Positions 25,504 to 30,643 of a stretch of DNA of 30,643 nucleotides are shown piece by piece. Every line of letters begins with the position of its first letter. Within the stretch, counting starts at the first letter, position 1. The translations under genes and the position numbers were made by a program. Under the pieces are notes generated by a model. That model did not search any database. It saw only the letters and a list, made by a program, of their open reading frames with translations, and was not told the DNA's origin. The DNA is from Caldisericaceae bacterium (GTDB lineage Bacteria; Caldisericota; Caldisericia; Caldisericales; Caldisericaceae), in assembly GCA_049967855.1 (NCBI GenBank), contig JBMFRX010000014.1, positions 1 through 30,643 on the forward strand. Reading direction: 5' to 3'.

Positions 25504-26897
25504 TAGCTCTTACGCTCTTCCTCTAATTTTGCTGCAATCTTTACTGGCTGATCCTTTGCATAGAACCATGCTAAGAAGTAGATTATTCCAATTACAATCG
25601 GAATAACAGCTAATCCAGGCTTTCCTGCCGCAAAAGAAACTATTGGAAGAATCAAGATGTAAGGCAAAATGTGTGAACCAGCATCAAGAGAAGAAACCAA
25701 AACTATTCCAGCTGGGATTGCATAACTGATTGTCTTTGCAGCCTCCGTAAGAGGAACGGCAAACGCGTTTGTTATATAGACTATGAGCACAACGCTTATG
25801 AGTCCGTTCAGAATTGTCTTAATAACGTTTCCTCTTGAAGCAGCTGCCGCGAACATAACAAAGACTGGGATAATTGCAAGATCTGCAAGAGGCAGTATTT
25901 TATTACCCGGGATAAATGCCAGTAACAATACCACAGGCAGTAAGAGATAACCAACGAAAATTGAGGTTGGGTTTGATAAACCTATTGGACCCGCATCTAT
26001 ACCAATATAGATTTCTCTATTAGAAAATCTTTTGTTGTTGGAGAAAAATTCGCCAATTCCATTCACAATAGGCATTAAGCCTTCCATTAATATTCCAATC
26101 ATTCTGCCCTGTAGTAGCATAAGAGCTGACAAATAAACACCTGTTTTAAAAACATCAATTACAGATTGTCTACCTAAAATGCCTAAGATTAAACCGACAT
26201 AAAAACCGAGCATAATGGGTTCACCAAAAACTCCAAACTTTTTTGTAAGCCCTTCTGGATCTGCTTTTATATTATCCAAACCCTTTATCCTAGAAAATAC
26301 AAGTTTCTCTGCAGCTAAGTTTATAGGGGCCCAGTTAACTGATTCCGTATGCGGCAGAGACGTTCCTGGTATACCAAAATATGTCTGAGTGAGAGGCGCA
26401 GTCCAATCAGCAAGCTTCAGAATAATAATCTCGGTAATTATGGAAAGCGCATAAGCTAAAACTAGGTTCTTTGTCCACATATACACCATGACAGCAACAA
26501 AAGCCCAGTGCCAGTAGTTCCAAACATCTGCATCAAAGGTTTTTGTCCAGTTCAACAATAACATTGCCAAATTCACCAGAAATGCAATTGGAATAATCGC
26601 AGCTGAAAGAGGAACACCCCAGGTTATTGCAGAAGTTAGGGGCCAACCCACATCCAGTCCTTCCAAGCTTAAACCAAAACTCTTAGCCATCGTGCTTACT
26701 ACTGGGCCAACAACACCAAAAACAGCCCCCAAAACAGCATTGATTCCAATGAAAGCTACTCCAACCGTCAAAGCAGCTCTTAAACTCGTACCAATCTTTT
26801 GCCTAAAGATGAGTGCAAGAACAAACAATATGATTGGCATCATAATCGCTGGACCCAAATTTAGAACTTGGTTTACTGCACTTTTAACAAATTCCAT
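25503..26897 (-). CDS. PTS IIC component, galactitol (GatC) family
   Basis: DVGWP, DVWNYWH, LKLADW, GEP, YIGID, PGNKILPLADL. Confidence 0.92.
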   Translation of the reverse strand: MEFVKSAVNQVLNLGPAIMMPIILFVLALIFRQKIGTSLRAALTVGVAFIGINAVLGAVFGVVGPVVSTMAKSFGLSLEGLDVGWPLTSAITWGVPLSAAIIPIAFLVNLAMLLLNWTKTFDADVWNYWHWAFVAVMVYMWTKNLVLAYALSIITEIIILKLADWTAPLTQTYFGIPGTSLPHTESVNWAPINLAAEKLVFSRIKGLDNIKADPEGLTKKFGVFGEPIMLGFYVGLILGILGRQSVIDVFKTGVYLSALMLLQGRMIGILMEGLMPIVNGIGEFFSNNKRFSNREIYIGIDAGPIGLSNPTSIFVGYLLLPVVLLLAFIPGNKILPLADLAIIPVFVMFAAAASRGNVIKTILNGLISVVLIVYITNAFAVPLTEAAKTISYAIPAGIVLVSSLDAGSHILPYILILPIVSFAAGKPGLAVIPIVIGIIYFLAWFYAKDQPVKIAAKLEEERKS

Positions 26898-27047
26898 GAC
26901 TAACCTCCTTTGGTTTTAATTTTTTTTGCAGCCTTTTCCAATTTTCAATGTTCCTTCACCACCTCTTTAGCCTTCGGCTAGAATCTCAGTTAAAACAAAA
27001 ACCTTACCTTACGCAAAATTCGATAGTCATAGAATCAATTTTTTAAT

Positions 27048-27076
27048 AGAATAATAGTAACTTCTTTCAATGTCAA
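27048..27076 (-). promoter_or_regulatory. Putative PTS operon promoter
   Basis: TTGACA, 17 nt, TATTCT on the minus strand. Confidence 0.55.
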
Positions 27077-27130
27077 TCAGTTATTTACTCTTAAAAAGAA
27101 TGAATTGTGGTATTTTTTTTACTTTTAGTT

Positions 27131-29104
27131 TTATGATTTCCCGAGTGCCTTCTCAATCTCTTGTGAGGAGCTAAATTCAAGCAATTCACTCGCTATTTTC
27201 TTGACTCTTATTTTCTCCAACAATCCGTATAGATCTTTGGAGTCTTCTTCTGCTCCTGTTAGGACAGGCATAATTATTATGTCCACGTCCAAGCTATTTT
27301 CTGGATTCCTCATTTCTTTGAAACTAACCGGGCTTTTTAGAGTTGCAAGTGCAAAGCCTTTTTTAACTGTAAATTCCGGCCCTGCGTGTGGTATCGCAAT
27401 TGGTATATCTGCGTTAATACCTGTAGGAAATTTGCTCTCTCTTGCCAAAACAGCTTCTACTAAACCATCTTTTGCAAACCCAGCTTTCACAAGAGCATCA
27501 GCTAGTATGCTAATTACTTCTCTTGATGAATTAACACTAATTTGCGGGAAAATTAGCCTCTCATCAAACATACCTTCTTCTGCTGTATCATTTATAAACG
27601 CTACTTTTCCTATTTTCAGTATCTCTTTAATTAATTTTTTATCTTCTGTTCTTAAAAATGGAGAAACAACAACATGAGGAATCTTTACCCCTGATAGCGG
27701 CATTGTGGAGATTATAAGATCTACTTTTTGAGTGAAATTTCCTTCTTCAAGCTCTTTAATCGACCCAACCTGGACAATTTCAATTTCAGGGATTTCATTG
27801 GTCAACTTATAATATAATAGTCTTGAGGTGGCAATGCCCATAGGGCAAATTACTGCAACTTTTTTCCTGACAGGCTGCTTCAGTGCTTCAAGCGATGCTG
27901 CAATATACATTGCGATATAGCCCTCCTCTTCATTGGGTACTTCTACCTGAAACTTCTCCCCAATTATTCTTGCAGCCCTTTCTGCGATTGTATAGGCAAT
28001 GGGATATTCTTTTCTAATCGTATCTATTGCGGGGTTGTCTATTTTAGCGCCCATTTTGATTTTTCCAATTGTAGATTCAAGATGATGGGCTAACATCGAA
28101 ATGAACTCACTCTCTTTGTTTACTGTTAAACCTAATAATTCATTGGATAGCTGCACTATTTCCTCTGCAACTTGTTTGAATTTCGGGGCTACTGTAAAAA
28201 CCTTTGTACCTTCTACTTCCTGAGTTTTTGCCCCTATAAATTTCAAGGCAAGATATGAAACCTCGCTATCAGTAAACTTCAATTGGAACACTTCTTCAAG
28301 TTTATTAATACCATTCTTTACTAAAAGAGATAACTTATTAGAGAAGACGTAATTTATATGCTTAGAATCTAAAGTTACTTTATGGTTATTAGCTATTCGC
28401 CTAACCGATATGGCAATAGCAAGGGCTATAATTAGTTTATCCTCATCTGTAAATTTTGTTTTAGCTTCCGTTTGAATTTCATTTATGAAGTTTTCGATTG
28501 TATGGAAATTTGTATCCTTGAAAATCCCAAGGAGGTTATGCTTTACAAGTCCTTTTGCAAATTCTGAAGCTACAATTTGAAACTCAAATCCTAGAAAATT
28601 TCTTATCGATTCAATTATGGCATCTCTTATATTTTCTTCTCTTCCTTCAATTCGGTACCCAGAGCCGGATTTGCCGTAAAGTCTTATTTCTCTTTTTGAG
28701 AGCCACTCTTTAACTTCATTGATATATTCAACTACAGTAGGTCTTGAGATATCAAGCAATTCGCAAATGTCTTCAATCGTTGGAATTTTTTCCTTCGAAA
28801 GGAAAATCTCTGTCGTGTACCAAATTTTTCCATTTCTGTCGAGAAGCTTGCTAGAAATAGAATTGAGTTTTTCCCTAAGGTTTTCCTTGCTCTGGGAGGA
28901 GCCTTGTAACATAATCCCTATTCTTGGCTTGGCAACAAGTGATAAACAATTGTCACGTGATAACTCCTTAAGTTGCGAAATATCTTTTCTGAATGTGTTA
29001 ACGTTAAGGTTCAGCTCATCACAGAGCTTACTCGCTGAAACAGGATAATTCAGTTCCAGAAGGTATAGCAAGATTTTAATGTGCCTCCCTCTAATTTCAA
29101 CCAT
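27131..29104 (-). CDS. MtlR/LicR-type PRD-containing transcriptional activator (HTH-Mga-PRD-PRD-EIIB-EIIA)
   Basis: Two HTH regions, PRD repeats, VICPMGIATS (EIIB), IAIPHA (EIIA). Confidence 0.9.
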   Translation of the reverse strand: MVEIRGRHIKILLYLLELNYPVSASKLCDELNLNVNTFRKDISQLKELSRDNCLSLVAKPRIGIMLQGSSQSKENLREKLNSISSKLLDRNGKIWYTTEIFLSKEKIPTIEDICELLDISRPTVVEYINEVKEWLSKREIRLYGKSGSGYRIEGREENIRDAIIESIRNFLGFEFQIVASEFAKGLVKHNLLGIFKDTNFHTIENFINEIQTEAKTKFTDEDKLIIALAIAISVRRIANNHKVTLDSKHINYVFSNKLSLLVKNGINKLEEVFQLKFTDSEVSYLALKFIGAKTQEVEGTKVFTVAPKFKQVAEEIVQLSNELLGLTVNKESEFISMLAHHLESTIGKIKMGAKIDNPAIDTIRKEYPIAYTIAERAARIIGEKFQVEVPNEEEGYIAMYIAASLEALKQPVRKKVAVICPMGIATSRLLYYKLTNEIPEIEIVQVGSIKELEEGNFTQKVDLIISTMPLSGVKIPHVVVSPFLRTEDKKLIKEILKIGKVAFINDTAEEGMFDERLIFPQISVNSSREVISILADALVKAGFAKDGLVEAVLARESKFPTGINADIPIAIPHAGPEFTVKKGFALATLKSPVSFKEMRNPENSLDVDIIIMPVLTGAEEDSKDLYGLLEKIRVKKIASELLEFSSSQEIEKALGKS

Positions 29105-29112
29105 CAAAAATA

Positions 29113-29121
29113 ATTATACCA
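29113..29121 (-). promoter_or_regulatory. Extended -10 promoter of the PRD regulator
   Basis: TGGTATAAT 8 nt upstream of the ATG; no SD sequence. Confidence 0.55.
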
Positions 29122-29304
29122 TATTTGATAAATTCTTCTATAAGTCTTATGAGTTAAAAATCTCTTTCCTTTTCGCGTCTTTTCCCTCCTGAAAAACTTT
29201 TTTTACATTTTCGCTTGCCTAGTTTGGATTTTCTTTCGCCCCCCTCTGCATATTTATATATAGGGGGAGCGCTCCCTAAAATTATAACACTTGGAGGTGT
29301 TAAG

Positions 29305-29505
29305 ATGACTGTAACAGAGAATCCAGGCAGGCTGCAAGTTATCTTCACAGTATCTGCCACGCAGAAAAGAACAGAGAGCATCACTAATGTGAAGCCCACT
29401 GCCACAGACCAGGACCTTTACGACATAGGTTCTGCGATTGCAAATTTGCTGAATGATACGCTTTCAGACATTAGACGCTCTTCTTCAAAGAGCTATGCTG
29501 CATAA
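29305..29505 (+). CDS. DUF1659-like small protein (66 aa)
   Basis: GGAGGTG RBS then ATG 29305; NVKPTATDQDLYDIGSAIANL resembles DUF1659; paired with a DUF2922-like gene. Confidence 0.75.
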   Translation: MTVTENPGRLQVIFTVSATQKRTESITNVKPTATDQDLYDIGSAIANLLNDTLSDIRRSSSKSYAA

Positions 29506-29518
29506 GGAGGTGTAAGAT

Positions 29519-29746
29519 ATGGCTACTACAACCACCAAAGTATTGAGGCTCGTATTCGGAGCTGCTGACGGGTCAACACACGCAATGGAGTTTTCCAACC
29601 CAAAGGACACCATTACAGAGACGCAGGTTCACGACCTTATGCAGATGTTTATCACAAAGAACATTGTTAGCACGAAGGGCGGAGACCTCACCACAATCAA
29701 AGACGGCGGAATAGTTGAGAGGACATTCACTGATTTAGTACCATAA
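29519..29746 (+). CDS. DUF2922-like small protein (75 aa)
   Basis: AAGGAGGTG RBS; LRLVF..ADG, NPKD, M..FI.KNI....GDL..I....IVERT pattern. Confidence 0.8.
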   Translation: MATTTTKVLRLVFGAADGSTHAMEFSNPKDTITETQVHDLMQMFITKNIVSTKGGDLTTIKDGGIVERTFTDLVP

Positions 29747-29774
29747 TTGTTGCCTCCTAAACTCTTCCATATAC

Positions 29775-29803
29775 GGGAGCCCTCAGAGGCTCCCACTCTC
29801 TTT
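29775..29803 (+). terminator. GC-rich hairpin with a weak pyrimidine tail (possible leaky terminator)
   Basis: GGGAGCC-ctcaga-GGCTCCC then ACTCTCTTT. Confidence 0.5.
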
Positions 29804-29820
29804 ATAAAGGATGGTGCAAA

Positions 29821-30189
29821 ATGAAAAAAGTTTATTTAATCATCATATTGTTTGCAGTTAGTTTTCTCATTACTGCGCCTGTTGTATGGGCAAATGCTGG
29901 CGATTCAACGATTGCACTTTCACCTGAATGGCTTGCGGGGCTTGTTGGAGTGATTGCGCCTCTCATAGTGCATTGGATTGTTGGGGCAAACCTTTCACGA
30001 AAATGGAAAAGCATATTTGCGATTCTTGTTTCTTCTGTTATTGGATTTGCTTCGGCGTTCCTTTCGGGACAATTCAATACAGTTTCGGTGCTTCAATCAA
30101 TTGCGGTGGCTTTCTCTATATCGCAGGTATTCTACGACCAGTTTTTCAAAGACTTATTCAATAAGGACAAAGAGGACTTCTTTGAATGA
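29821..30189 (+). CDS. Holin-like membrane protein with a signal-peptide-like N-terminus
   Basis: MKK, hydrophobic stretch, A-x-A; about 3 further TM segments; charged C-terminal tail; upstream of an amidase. Confidence 0.55.
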   Translation: MKKVYLIIILFAVSFLITAPVVWANAGDSTIALSPEWLAGLVGVIAPLIVHWIVGANLSRKWKSIFAILVSSVIGFASAFLSGQFNTVSVLQSIAVAFSISQVFYDQFFKDLFNKDKEDFFE

Positions 30190-30338
30190 GTATTGAGGAG
30201 ATATTCAAAAGCATTGCTGATTTTGGCTTTCCGATTGTTGTTGCAATATACCTCTTAATTGTATTCGGAGCAAAGATTGACAAGCTCGCTACTGCAGTTG
30301 ACAGGCTTTCTCATTTCATAGAGGGGTTAAAGCGATGA
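30186..30338 (+). CDS. YvrJ-family small membrane protein (50 aa; not in the ORF track)
   Basis: Manual translation MSIEEIFKSIADFGFPIVVAIYLLIVFGAKIDKLATAVDRLSHFIEGLKR; GFP..VA.YLL motif; ATGA overlaps at both ends. Confidence 0.8.
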   Translation: MSIEEIFKSIADFGFPIVVAIYLLIVFGAKIDKLATAVDRLSHFIEGLKR

Positions 30339-30643
30339 GAAAGATACAATACATTGTCCTGCACCACTCCGCAACGGATTATCAAGCAAACAAAGAGGAT
30401 ATTGACGGAGCAGTGATTGCAAATTCTATCTGTAAAAATCAATCCGAGAAGTGGATAAAACAGTATCCAGATTACAAATGCGATTACCATTTCATCATAG
30501 GACACACTGGCAAAGTATTCAACGGTCAACCAGTGGAGCAACCTTCTTGGCACTGCACGAACTACCAGGCAAACCTTGTAAGTGTGGGAGTTTGTTTCTT
30601 GGGAAACTTTGAGAATATTGAAATGCCCACCGGACAGTTTAAT
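30335..30643 (+). CDS. N-acetylmuramoyl-L-alanine amidase (Amidase_2/PGRP-like), cut off by the window end; not in the ORF track
   Basis: Manual translation MRKIQYIVLHHSAT...DYHFIIG..G...WHC...N..SVGVCFLGNF; no signal peptide. Confidence 0.85.
   Translation, partial: MRKIQYIVLHHSATDYQANKEDIDGAVIANSICKNQSEKWIKQYPDYKCDYHFIIGHTGKVFNGQPVEQPSWHCTNYQANLVSVGVCFLGNFENIEMPTGQFN

Noticed and set aside
576..29048. Numerous antisense or alternate-frame ORFs in the track (e.g. 576-1010, 7924-8325, 14817-15308, 22608-23102, 27201-27677)
   Set aside because: They lie opposite or inside well-supported genes and have no motifs or RBS.
29215..29304. N-terminal extension of the 96-aa ORF
   Set aside because: A strong GGAGGTG RBS supports ATG 29305; the extension covers the palindromic regulatory region.
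30311..30553. 80-aa minus-strand ORF from the track
   Set aside because: It is the antisense shadow of the plus-strand amidase, which has clear motifs.
29305..30643. Intact prophage
   Set aside because: No integrase, terminase, capsid, tail gene or att site is visible and the unit starts at its own divergent boundary. A prophage beyond the window edge cannot be excluded.

Overview
Bacterial chromosomal window of roughly 40% GC by eye, with Firmicutes-style promoters, ribosome-binding sites and SOS box. A Caldisericota-like origin is only my guess. From left to right it contains seven blocks. (1) An Rrf2 regulator, Mrp/ApbC and a CDF transporter. (2) A housekeeping run: 7TM-HD phosphodiesterase, ybeY, corC-like, cdd, tpiA, two low-complexity proteins, a DUF1998 helicase and a Lit-like protein. 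(3) queD-folE2 on the minus strand. (4) An OPT transporter, S58 peptidase, Bcp and nicotinamidase, running directly into an uncharacterised triad of a winged-helix/coiled-coil protein, an AAA+ ATPase and an Fe-S PD-(D/E)XK nuclease. (5) lexA with its own SOS box, and an SDR. (6) A self-contained, compositionally distinct galactitol-family PTS island with a class II aldolase. (7) At the right edge, a divergently transcribed module: DUF1659-like, DUF2922-like, holin-like, YvrJ-like and an amidase. The last two genes are missing from the supplied ORF track. The best candidates for undescribed systems are the small-protein plus lysis module (29.2-30.6 kb) and the ATPase-nuclease triad (16.4-19.8 kb). 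All family calls come from motif recognition by eye; no searches were run. I saw no rRNA, tRNA, CRISPR array, transposase or integrase.
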